In this document: piece after piece, positions 27,750-39,479 of the stretch
Position numbering within the stretch: the stretch's first letter is position 1
How the letters are laid out: every line of letters begins with the position of its first letter
Origin: Chiloscyllium plagiosum
Lineage: Eukaryota
Assembly: GCF_004010195.1 (NCBI RefSeq)
Contig: NC_057712.1
Span: 31,887,832 to 31,951,831, forward strand
DNA: 64,000 nucleotides
Direction: 5' to 3'
Position numbers and translations under genes: made by a program
The notes under the pieces: generated by a model
What the model was told of the DNA's origin: nothing
Databases searched by the model: none
What the model saw: only the letters and a program-made list of their open reading frames with translations

Positions 27750-27950
27750 CTCACATCTCCTGACTATCAGGCACACCTTCTTGCCTCTGACCATTGGCCA
27801 AGTCTAAACTTCTAAATCACCTAAGGAGTATGACTACCTCCCAGAACAACATGTTCAAGTAATGCTCTCCCTCCCTGATACCCAGACCAATTTCTGTAGA
27901 TCACACTCCAGCTCAAAAACTCTTAGCCAGTCATTTAAGTAAGAAATTAA
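27750..27950 (-). mobile_element. CR1 ORF1 N-terminal (coiled-coil) remnant
   Basis: Reverse complement gives LRVFELECDLQKL..IREGEHYLNMLFWEVV, resembling the CR1 ORF1 LRVxELExxLxxLxxIRExExYLD motif. Confidence 0.5.
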
Positions 27951-30900
27951 TGGTTGCTTGGCACTGCAATGCATTCTGCAATCTCACGCATGTTGCAGTC
28001 AGAGAAAACAAAATCTGACCAGCCATTTCCGTGAAAAGTAATTGGCTTCATAAATATTGCCCACTTTAGGTTGTGACAAACTCATATGTCAAATAAAGAC
28101 CCTTTGATAGAACTCTGATCCAGTGGAATGCGTTCTGCAACAAATTCATCTAATCCCTAGTCTTCTTTTGAACCATGTTCTTGCAATGGTAATAGGTGTA
28201 ATATTCCAAGATAAATTTCACAAGCTTTTCACTTCATCAAGAGAAAGGGTTGTCAAGTACTCTTCCAAAACAGAATAAGAAATAGGATTTAACAGCCTTC
28301 TGACTGAAAGGATATTTGGAGCAATTATAACTTTCTAGCCATTGTTGACCTTATTATTCTTCTCTGTCGCCCAATGCCCATTCAACTTTCAGAAAGCCTT
28401 CAAAATATTTCAAGGAGAGCAAAGTTCTAAATGAAATCAAATACCACTGCAATAGGTCTTTTTTACCGTTCTCTTAAATTTTCACACATCATTGACTTTG
28501 CTTCGTTCTCTAAGAGTTTCTTTTCATTTCCCTGGATAATAGCCCAGTAATATTGCACTAAGAAACCAATTACCTGCTCAACATAAGAGACACAGGTCAC
28601 CTCTATTGGGTTTCCATGGTTATTTCCAGTGTGTAATGGATCTTTGTCAGGTTCTTTTGATTCTTCCATAACTCAGTAATGATGGCACAAGAGATTTCTT
28701 AGTAATGAGAGATTGTCAATCAGAATCAAATGTTTTGACCTATCTCGCAGGAATTATCTCAATTCCAAAGTTTTCCAGACCAAGCCTTACCGACATTTGT
28801 GACTTATAAACCCATACATTTCCTTAACAGATATCAACTACATAGAACATCAGGTAAATATATTAATCACAGTGCTGGTATTTAACGTGTGGCTGATTTT
28901 GTTTTGTCAACTCTTCGATATCAGATAAACTAAACAACTGCTGGACCTGAAATCTGACGCCATTTGTTTTCCCTCAGAGAAAACAATAATTTGATGTTCC
29001 TTTTCTAACAGGTTGATGGATTATAATGGATTCGAAAAAAAATTGCAACTCAATTGATTTGAGAAAGGTGACAGTGGTTCATTATTTTTATTCACATGAA
29101 TCCTTCAAAGAATCTATCAGTGGGAGCTTCACCAAACTGCATTCAACTTAAAAGGCACCAATATGTAAAAGCATAAGGCTGTTTGTGACTGAGAGGCAAT
29201 TGTCAGAAATTGGTCAAACTCTGCCTCATAACATTCCGAGACATGGGAATCTTGACATATGCACATCAAGTGATCTCTTCAACATACAGGACAAGATGTG
29301 GCTAACAAACTGTAGAATTGTAAATATATCAACAAAACTTAAGCTATTGTATTTGAATGTGCCCATGACATTCATAGCAAATACTAATCCTAGAAATCAT
29401 TTTTTGCCGAAATGAAACTGAACTGATATATCAGGAATCGTCTCCATAGTGTATATGTGTCTGTGAGGGTTAATATTGAGGTATGCCATAAACACCATCC
29501 TCTGTTGTGATTTCATATGGACTTGCAGGGACAGCAGCTTAGGACTTTGGAAGAATATGACATTTCACTCTGTCCTCCTCAAAGGCTCTATAATAATGCA
29601 CATCATGTCAGTATAGTTAGATTCTAACATGAAATAATCTATATATATATTAACTACTTTCACCCTCTTCTAGTTAGATCAGGAAGTGTTTTTTTTTTCT
29701 GTACCATAATAGTCCAAGCAACCCTGTAGTCTCCTGCACTTAAAGAGAATAGTGCCAGTAACCTTCAGAATAAGCAATAGCTCATACAGTGTCGTGAACT
29801 GGGATGCCCATATAACATTCTCCATTGAAACCACCTTGACACTGCAATGGACTATTTATAAAGCTGTTACAATATACAAGAAGACACAGATTTTGGGAAA
29901 ACATTTTTTAACAACCCTTAGCTGGATGTGATAGTGTGCTTGTGAGTGTAACACTGATTTAATTTAAGAAGGAACAGGACTTTGACATTTGCAAATTAAT
30001 TTATAAAAGCTGATTTAGCTTTAGAGGGGAGCAGGAGACTGATGTAAATTTATCAATGTTGTAATTAATGATTAAAAGAAGAGGTGTGAGCCTTGATCAC
30101 TTTCTCTGTCCAGATGTGCTCTAGACAAATCTCAGAGATGGGAGTAGCAGAAGGGAGCTTTAGTTCATGGAGCTAGGGCTCTCCAATGAAAAATAACTTA
30201 TCCTTGGCATTGATCATATGTAGGAAACCTATTGTTCCTGCCTTCAGGAATAGAGTTTGTACTCATTTCATCCTGAATTGCTCACCGATACAAATCTAGC
30301 TGACAATTGTCAGTGATGAACAAGTTAAGATTCTGATTATTTATAAAACAACCTCCTTATCCATTCTTATATAATGGTCTAAATGATCAGATTTCTATCC
30401 AGAAAATTACATATTAAAACCTAACATTACTGTTCGAAAGCAACACCTAATTTCAGCAGAAACTTTCTTGTTACTACATTTAGGTCCAAAAATAAAGAAA
30501 TGGGGCACAGTGTAGGAAAAAAATAAGAAGGTAGAAAGACCTTGGAGATTTGTGTTAAGGTTTTAGCAGTCTTACAGCAAAAATAAAGCAATACAGAAGA
30601 CTGTCCATTTGTGTACATGAAAACACTCATGTACACTCTCCAGGTCCTTCGAAGAGATAACACTCTAAAGCCTTAAGGTAAAAAAACCATGACACAAAGA
30701 TTGATGTGAAAAGCATTATGTACTTTTGTGAGGATCAAATGAAAATTACCTATTTGTTCAAAAAAAAAGGCTTGGGACAAAGATTGTTGAAAAGAGTGGA
30801 TTGAACGTTGAATACGAGTCAAGATTACAAACATTTCTTCTGACTTTTGTACGGTTGGGAGATCTGCACCAAGGAAAGCAAGAGACAAGGGAAAGTGGAA

Positions 30901-31939
30901 AGTGAGAGAAATAGAGAAAGTGAGAGAGAGAGATAAAGAGCAAGAGAGTGAGGCCTGAAGATCAGGATACCAAAGATGCAAGAGATATTCATTTGTCCAT
31001 TCTATTATCTAGCTCTTGACATGGCGAATATAATCTACATTACACTAGAAATCAGTTCCTGAGTTCTTTGCTATAGTTTACCTGAAAACTTAATAAACTT
31101 GTCTTGATATTGTCTCAAGGAAGTTGAATCACAACTGAGTCTTGCTGCCTGAAAAAGGAGCAGAACCTCCTTAACCTAACATGGGTAAGATTTGAACAGC
31201 AATTGTTGGAGCTATGTGGACCAGCAGAAAATCTGGAATAGGGGAAACCAGACTGTCAAAGCTGAAAATAAATTCTTGCAAATGTACACACACTCATGTT
31301 AACTTATTAAGGATTACAGAAGATTCAGTAAAATGCAAAGTAACGAAATTGTTGAGAAATGGAAGAAATCTATTCTCGATTAATACAGTACAAAGTCAGT
31401 GCCTTTGTTTGATGGCAAATTTTGATATAATTTATAGCCTGAGATTCTTCTTCAATGTCTTCTCTGCTCAACCCCACCCCATTCGTATAATGATCCGCAC
31501 CACTATCTGCCAAAGTCCTGGCAGCAGACTTAGTGTCTATGCTAATGCCTTAACCATGTCTACACTAGGTCTTCCATGAGCATCAAAGCTTAGAAGAGTG
31601 GTATTTAGTCATTATGCTCATTTGGAGAGTAGGTGCAAGCACAATGGGCCAAATGGCTGACTGTGCCATTATAATTCACTTATTCGGTAATTTTGTTATT
31701 CTGTAATGTACATCTTTTACTTGACCGACAACAATTGTGATGCCTATCATTGTCAGATTGCTTTTACAATAACTCGTCCTAAATGAACTGGAATTTTCTC
31801 CAGTTAGAATAAAGCCATTGTATTTGGATCCAACTGGAAGCCTGTTTCCCTAGCCATTAGTTCAAAACTCCTTGTTGTCAACTGTTTCAGTTTTACCCAG
31901 ACTGTTGAGCTAAGTTTCTAGTATAAAAACTGTCAATTT

Positions 31940-32450
31940 ACACCTTCATAGCAACATCCAGCTCTCTGTTGCCTCAGCCCTGAGTTGATGGAACCCTCAT
32001 TCAACTTACAGACTTGACTATTCCAAAGGCTGGCCTCCCATTTTCCAATATTCCTTTCCCATATATCTGAGTTCATGCAAAACCCTGCTGTCAAATTATC
32101 TATCAAATCTGTGATTGCTGACAGTCTTTTTTTAATTGCTAAAATATAGCCAGTTAAATGTAAAAATTTGCATCTTCATTTTCAAATTTCTCCCCGCTTC
32201 CCCCAGTCAATGATTTTATCTATCCAGATTTCAAACTTCCAAGACTTCTTGTATTCCTTGAACTATTAACATTTCTGTGTCCCTGACAATATTGCTCCAA
32301 ATATTTGTGGAGAAGCCTTTACCTGTCCAGAACATTAACTTAGCAAGTCCCCCCTTAGAACTCTCAGTCTCCACATTATTCTATTTTCATTTCAGATGCC
32401 CCTTAAAGCTTAACTTTTTTTACCCAGCTTTCAGTCACCCATTGTAATGT
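31940..32450 (+). mobile_element. Old L2 LINE 3' fragment
   Basis: AGACTTGACTATTCC (RLDYS) followed by a degenerate QNxA motif typical of the L2 ORF2 C-terminus. Confidence 0.5.
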
Positions 32451-32499
32451 ATAATAATTCTTTGATAAAGTTCAATTTTTGTCTGACAATTACTTCCCA

Positions 32500-33070
32500 G
32501 AGCCCGGAGTCCCAAAACGTTTCTTCCAAGTGCACTAACACATTCATTTGAGATTACAACATTTGCTGTTCAGGAGATGGTCTTAACTGCGTTGGAAAGG
32601 CAACATGCAGATTGAGTGATCGCTTAGCAGATCATATTCATTCTTTCCATCAGAATGAACCTGACCTTAAGGTTGACTGAGTTTTCATTCATTATTTTGC
32701 TCCAAATCAGACCTCTATATCTCAGTGCTCTGCACTTCTCTAAATAAACTTCATGGAATCACAAAGAAAAGCACCTCTTATTTCAACTCGTCATTTTACA
32801 ATCTTATGGAATAACACTAAATTCATCAATTTCGGATCATAAATACTACTTTCCTGCACTTGCTGATGGGATTTTGTCCTTGCCATATGCACCTCCTTTA
32901 GGGCCATCTTCTGTTTCTTTATCTGTTCCTTTGATCTTACACCATTCATTTTGTAAGTTAATTGTTCCTCCCTTCATCACCACATGGACCTTCTCTTTTC
33001 CCACTTCCCTGTCTCCCTCTCTTTGCATTTGCATAAATCTGTTACATTTCTTACTTCTTCCAATTCTCTT
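32500..33070 (+). mobile_element. Heavily decayed PLE GIY-YIG and 3' UTR
   Basis: ICCSGDGLNCVGKATCRLSDRLADH ... EKHLLFQLVILQSYG, homologous to IRCSRCGLLYIGETGRLLAERFREH ... EERLIFRLGTLQPQG. Confidence 0.6.
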
Positions 33071-33469
33071 ACAACCTGTAATGTCTATTTCTCTCTCTCC
33101 ACAACTGCTTTGGAGTAATTCGATCATTTAACCTAATGTGAGGTATTTTATCTTTAGTAAAACAAATTGTATTTAAAATATAGTTTAACAAAAAAAAATC
33201 TAGATTGGTACAACATGGAGATAAACATATGCACCAAATTAGTTTGTCTACCTGTGTAATCACAATACAGTAAAATTAAAATCTTCAAAAACTCAAAATT
33301 GACCCCGATGGTTGCTAACCAGCCTTTTGATTAATCATTTCCAGGATCTGTCAATAATCAATTCCAGACACTGGTTTATATCTTAAATAAATTATTTAGT
33401 GCTTTATTAACAATATATATAAAACAATTAATAATATTGTTGGTTAAAAGAAGGAAGCATATGTCAGGT

Positions 33470-35140
33470 ATAGACAGGATAGATCGAATGAATACTGTAG
33501 GGAAATAGATGGTGACATCTTGCAAAATGTCCAGGTTACAGAGAAGGAAGTGCTGGATGTCTTGAAAAGGGAAAAGGTGGATAAATCCCCAGGACCTGTT
33601 CAGGTGTACTCTAGAACTCTGTGGGAAGCTGGGCATCTTTCTGAGATATTTGTATCATTGATAGTCACAGGTGAGATGCCAGAAGACTGGACGTTGGCAA
33701 ATGTGGTGCCACTGTTTAAGAAGGGTGGTAAAGACAAGCCAGGGAACTATAGACCGGTCAGCCTGACCTCAGTGGTGGGCAATTTTTTGGAGGGAATCCT
33801 GAGGGACAGGATGTACATGTATTTGGAAAGGCAAGGACTGATTAGGGATAGTTAACATGGCTTTGTGTGCAGGAAATTATGTCTCACAAACTTGATTGAG
33901 TTTTTTGAAGAAGTAACAAAGGAGATTGATGAGGGCAGAGCAGTAGATGTGATTTATATGGACTTCACCAAGGCATTCAACAAGGTTCCCCATGGGAGAC
34001 TAATTAGCATGATTAGATCTCATGGAATACAGGGAGAACAAGCCATTTGGATACAGAACAGGCTCAAAGGTAGAAGACAGAGGGTGGTGGTGGAGGGTTG
34101 TTTTTCAGACTGGAGGCCTGTGACCAGTGGAGTGCCACAAGAATCGGTGCTGGGTCCTCTACGCTTTGTCATTTACATAAATGATTTGGATGCGAGCATA
34201 AGAGGTACAGTTAGTAAGTTTGCAGAATACACCAAAATTGGAGGTGTCGTGGACAGTGAAGAGGGTTACCTCAAATTACAACAGGATCTGGACCAGATGG
34301 GCCAATGGGCTGAGAAGTGGCAGATGGAGTTTAATTCAGATAAATGCGAGGTACTGCATTTTGGGAAAGCAAATCTTCGCAGGATTTATACACTTAATGG
34401 TAAGGTCCTAAATAATGTTGCTTAACAAAGAGACCTTGGAGTGCAGCTTCATAGCTCCTTGAATGTGGAGTCACAGGTAGATAGAATAATCAAAAGGCGT
34501 TTGGTATGCTTTCTTTTATTGGTCAGAGTATTGAGTACAGGAGTTGGGAGGTCATGTTGCGGCTGTACAAGACATTGGTTAGGTCACTGTTGGAATATTG
34601 TGTGCTATTCTGGTCTCCTTCCTTTCGGAAAGATGTTGTGAAACTTGAAAGGGTTCCAAAAAGATTTCCAAGGATGTTGCCAGGGTTGGAGGATCTGAGC
34701 TACAGGGAGAGACTGAACAGGCTGGGGCTGTTTTCCCTGGAGCGTCGGAGGCTGAGGGGTCACCATATAGAGGTTTACAAAATTATGAGGGGCATGGATA
34801 GGATAAATAGGCAAAGTCTTTTCCCTGATGTTGGGGAGTCCAGAACTAGAGGGCATAGGTTTCGGGTGAGAGGGGAAAGATATAAAAGAGACCTAATGGG
34901 CAACTTTTTCACGCAGAGGGTGGTACATGTATGGAATGAGCTGCCAGAGGAAGTGGTGGAGGCTGGTACAACTGCAACATTTAAGAGGCATTTGGATGGG
35001 TATATGAATAGGAAGGGTTTGGAGTAGTATGGGCCGGGTGCTGGCAGGTGGGACTAGATTGGGTTGGGATATCTGGTCGGCATGGACGGGTTGGACCGAA
35101 GCGTCTGTTTCCATGCTGTACTTCTCTATGACTCTATGAC
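33470..35140 (+). mobile_element. HER1-type CR1 LINE, about 1.7 kb 5'-truncated, full RT domain with stops/frameshifts
   Basis: DKSPGP, PLFKKGGKDKPGNYRPVSLTS, DVIYMDFTKAFNKVPH, SGVPQESVLGP and KFAEYTK (mutated FADD). Tail CTCTATGACTCTATGAC. Confidence 0.95.
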
Positions 35141-36459
35141 ACTATATTAACTTTAGTCGAGCAAATATTAAACAACTAAGTAATCTAATTGGCCTATACC
35201 CTAAATCCAATAGCCTTTCAGATCCATTCACACAAATTACAGACAGACAAGCAAACACATTTAAGGGATAAATAAAATTGGGCAGATTACTTAAATGGTT
35301 TTCACAATGCACTGTTCCACTGGCAAGATGACAGTTTCTTGCTTTATTTTCTGAAGATATCAATCAGGATCACCTTTTTAGTTCACTCAGATAAAACCAG
35401 TCATACTTAAAACTTGGTTTTCTCAAGTTTGAGCTGCCAAGAGATTTAGTAGGGAGCTTTCAAATCTTCATACTGTAGCACCAACAATCAGATTTCTTTT
35501 TTCAGAAAGCCCAGTCCAAAGCCTAATTGAAACTCCAGCCTCTCCCTGACAGACTGAGTGACTCCTCCTTGATGTCTTAGTTATCATTCAACATCTGACA
35601 TGTGCTTGAGCATAAGGTCTTTCCTGGACTGGCTGAATCCAATTCCTGGTTACTGACCTCATTAATAGCCAATTTGTGTTGTCTGTGTAAACAGAATGTT
35701 CACCCCCAATGTCTAAGCTTCTGAAAAACATTGATCAGGAAACAAACTGCAATTAAGTTTCATCATGAAACTTATGTTTGGTCTGTTCTCAAAGCTCCTC
35801 ATTTTGCACTCATCAGGACAAATGCCAAATTTCAAACAATACCAGCCCAGCAGTAAGTTACAGCACAGGATCCCACTGGATGCAGGGGGTCCACAGGATG
35901 CCCAGAGTTTTCTGGCCCTACCTGCAGGACATAGAGTTGATACAGGCTCTGAAAACTCCATGATGCAGTAACTGAAATGGAGCAGAGGCAGGGCTCCGTT
36001 GAAGATCTGGTTCTGCAGTTTGGGCCAGTCTGGGGAAGAGGTGTGGGAGTAGGGAGGTGGGAGAGAGGTGTGGGGTAGGGGATAGGAGTAGGGGTTTGTC
36101 TCCAGTGTAGTCCTGACAGAGCGTGACACACCATTGTACTGTGCTGTGCTCCGCAGAAATGCAGCAGGCAATGAGGTGATGTCATAGATGCTAATGAACT
36201 GTCTTCCCAGGAGGGAGAGGGTATTAGGGAGGGGGAACGGTCTCCTTAGCCACCACAGGGATCAGCTGCATTGAGCACTTCAGGCCACCTGGCATTTAAT
36301 TGACATCTAGTTTGAGTGGATGAGAGCTGGGTGCAGAAGATCATCATGAATAATAAAATAGTTGTTGACTATAATACCAAAATTTGATCTGCACTGAGGG
36401 GGTGTGACCCACAGCTGCTATTCATTTTCATTTTTCATTTTATTTGTGTTCACCTTTGG

Positions 36460-37060
36460 TGACATGGACAAAATGACCTTTACAATCTCTCACAATACCT
36501 GAGAAAAACTGCCAACTTTTTAGTGGCATGATATACCTGAGGTTCTTGTAACAGAGAGGTCCTTGTAAATGAGAGCCCATTTACCAGAGGGGAGTTTCAG
36601 ACCTTTGTGAAGACAAATGAGATAAAGCACACTCAAACAGTACACTACCACCTGTCCTCAAATGGTCTGGATTTGTGGATGTCTAGACATTCAAAAGTAC
36701 CATGAGAAAGTAAATTACAGAGCCTTTAGAAATGAAGCGTGCTTGTGTCATCTTCAAATATAACACAACACAGCACATGATGACAGGAGTAACCCTGGAA
36801 GAACTACTGATGGGCTGACGTTTTGGGACCAGGCTTAGCCTATCTTTCACAATGAAGTTGGATTAAAATGTACAGCCCAATAAAGAGGCCACTTTGGACA
36901 TGGGCCAGACAGAGATTTTAAACCAGGAGATTGGGTCCACGTAAAGATCTTGGGTGACAGCTCTCAATGGATCCCAGGAGTTAATGTTGAGAACATGGGA
37001 CCAGTATCTTACATGTTTAAAATGGCAGAGAAGACTACAAAAAAGATGTGTGGACTACCA
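36460..37060 (+). mobile_element. Gypsy/Ty3 LTR-retrotransposon integrase remnant
   Basis: IPEVLVT..FTRGEFQTFVKTNEIKHTQTVHYHLSSNGL, YNTTQHMMTGVTLEELLMG and FKPGDWVHVK..WIPG..GPVSY match the integrase core and C-terminal GPY/F-like region. Confidence 0.8.
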
Positions 37061-37607
37061 CTGTTGGTAGGAAATCTTCACAGAAGCGCCTGTTCCGACA
37101 GATACACCACCAACAGTGTCCTGCAACAGGAAACTCCACCCACTAAAAGCCCACTTAGGAGAAGCCCCCAGTAGTGGTTCTTCAACCATCCTGGAAGAGG
37201 CATTTACCTACTCATTGTATACCCTGAACAGACTTGGAAAGTAACTGGGATGGGATCATGGCAAAGCAATGCAAGAGGCCCAACATCACAGGAGTGAGGG
37301 GGTTGTCCCATGGACTCAGAGAGTGAGGGATGTGATAACCCCAACAGTTCCCATGGGGAATCATTCATTAATCTCTTTATGAGGCTCATTGAGTTCTGAG
37401 TTTCCTTGGTAACAGGCAATAGCTTGCCAAGCTGGAGCTCATCATCTGAGCCCTTTATAAAAGCAGACCCAGAGCTGAAAATCTTTTGTTGTGATTTTGG
37501 TTGCACGTCAGTCCCACACTCCTGGTCTTTGGGCCATCCAGTAAGGAAAGGTGTGGTAGATCAGAGGACTTCCTCATAGATCGGATCTTGGGCCTGGCCA
37601 AGCTGGC

Positions 37608-37732
37608 TTCCTGATGAAGGGCTTATGCCCAACACATTGATTCTCCTGCACCTCAAATGCTGTCTGATGTGCTGTGCTTTTCCAGCACCACACTCTCAGC
37701 TCTAATCTCCAGCATCTACAGTCCTCACTTTG
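37608..37732 (+). mobile_element. Solo family-B PLE pLTR with mutated hammerhead
   Basis: CTGATGAAGGGCTTATGCCC-AACA (GAAA lost) followed by the family-B pLTR body. Confidence 0.8.
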
Positions 37733-38911
37733 TTCAAGCTAGCTATCAACTAGTCCAGGCAGCAAGCTATGGAGGAGGTCTGTTGACTATCTGCCCGTCT
37801 TCCTGGTTCTGTTCATGCCCAGGTGGACTTGGAGACAAAGCATGTGGTGTCCATCCGCAGAACTCTTTGTCCTAGGCTGGGACTAGCCTTTATATGCCAA
37901 CAGTAGTGGCTCTATACTGGTGTTCAACAATAAATGACACTCCTTTTCAGGCAAGCTTTCTGAGTTATCACATATTCCTGTAGCCTCAGAAACTTTAAAA
38001 GGCACTTGTCACGGGTTGTCCTACACATTTCTTGACGTTCGCCCTGGACATGACAGACAGAGGGAAATCGGTGCTGTACTTTGTTGGTGAGAATTTGGAG
38101 TCTTGCTGGACAGTGTGGTTTAGAGGCAAGACTTTCTCTTCATTGGGATCAACAACAGATGCCATGGCACCAGACCATATCAGCCTGGTCCAATATTGCC
38201 ACCTTGGTTAAAGCAGTCTCAGCTTTCTAAAGGAGTGCCCAGCAATACAGGAAGAAGGTCAATTTCTTTGCTCGCTCAGGCAGCACAGGTGCCATCATCT
38301 TCTCTCCAACACCAATCATTCATTCTCTGACTATTACTGTATCCATCCTTCACTAAAACCGATTCAGAGTAATGCCTGTAATGTCTTCTGAACTTGCTCT
38401 TACCTATGTCATACTCTGATCAACCTAATAACCCTGCATGTCATCTGTGCTGCTTATTCACTCGCTCAGGACACCTCCCCACAAGTTTAATAAGACGCTA
38501 AATAGGAGGCTTGCATCACACCAGGAAGAGTAAAATTTCACCCTTTTGTCTCACAGCATACCACAGAACTTTGAAGCTAGATTTAAAAACAACCTTGATG
38601 CCAATCAGTAAATGGCAGAGGTTACACAGTGTTACAATGCCACATTGTTAAATTCTAAGATTGAAAAGACTTCTGCCGAACTTTCCTATGCAGATGAAGA
38701 GAGCTCCCGGCTTAGACAAAGTGTTGACAAAGGACCAAATCCAGAAATCTCAACCCCAAAGTTTACCGCTGGCATTTTCACTGTGAGTTAAGAGTGGAGG
38801 AGGATTGGAGTGGGGTTCTGTCTTCAAAGAGGCCCAATTATCACTGATGAAATGGACAAATCATGACTTGTACACTTCATCCCTCGCAGGAGATTTTAAA
38901 CTTATGGCAGA

Positions 38912-39012
38912 ATCTGAGGAACGCTTACTCAGACCTGAAATTTTAACTCTGAGTTCTCTCCACAGATGCTGCCAGACCTGCTGTGCTTTTCCAGCAATTT
39001 CTCTTTTTGTTT
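38912..39012 (+). mobile_element. Family-C PLE pLTR with degenerate hammerhead
   Basis: CTGAGGA-A...CCTGAAA then CAGATGCTGCCAGACCTGCTGTGCTTTTCCAGCA. Confidence 0.6.
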
Positions 39013-39479
39013 CTGCTTCAGCGACTATATATGTAAATAAAGATATTTTTATGAATAAAGTATAATTTTGAAATTAAATAAAAGGTTGAGAAGTAGTAAT
39101 TATCAGAGGGGCCCCAATGCTCTCAAAGCTAAGTTTTCTTCTTAAAACCTTTACTTCTCAAAAGTCACTTGATTTTGAGTAAAAATAGCAGATGGTTCAC
39201 AATATACATTAAAGAGTTGCCTTCATTTCCAAGAAATCAAATAGTAAATACTTGCCATTCTGAAAAAAATGTGCAATTCGTCCAAAATATTCCAATAATT
39301 CCCAGGTAGCTTCTGTATATAAATATGTTTTCCCAACAATGGGTAACCAGATTCCTTGAGTAGGTGGTAGAACATTTATCATCCTTCCTGCAAACGGTTC
39401 TTGTTCCAGTTCTGATGGCAGTTCCTATAAGTAGAATTCAGAGAGCTGAGAAAGAGACAAAAAAAAGGATGTCTAAGGC

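Noticed and set aside
28300-28420. Resemblance of short peptides (MGIGRQRRII, YSVLEEYL) to negative-strand RNA virus nucleoproteins
   Set aside because: Only a few residues match from memory and flanking motifs do not align. This is insufficient to name a virus family.
35713-36171. 152 aa ORF, and a CTGATGA motif at about 35810-35816 (-)
   Set aside because: There is no recognisable domain and the ORF crosses a low-complexity patch. The hammerhead-like motif lacks GAAA (reads GAGG), so at best it is a dead copy.
38694-38782. Plus-strand exon-like segment (TATGCAG| ... |GTGAGT)
   Set aside because: It is isolated, encodes an unrecognised peptide and has no partner exon. Such sites are expected by chance.
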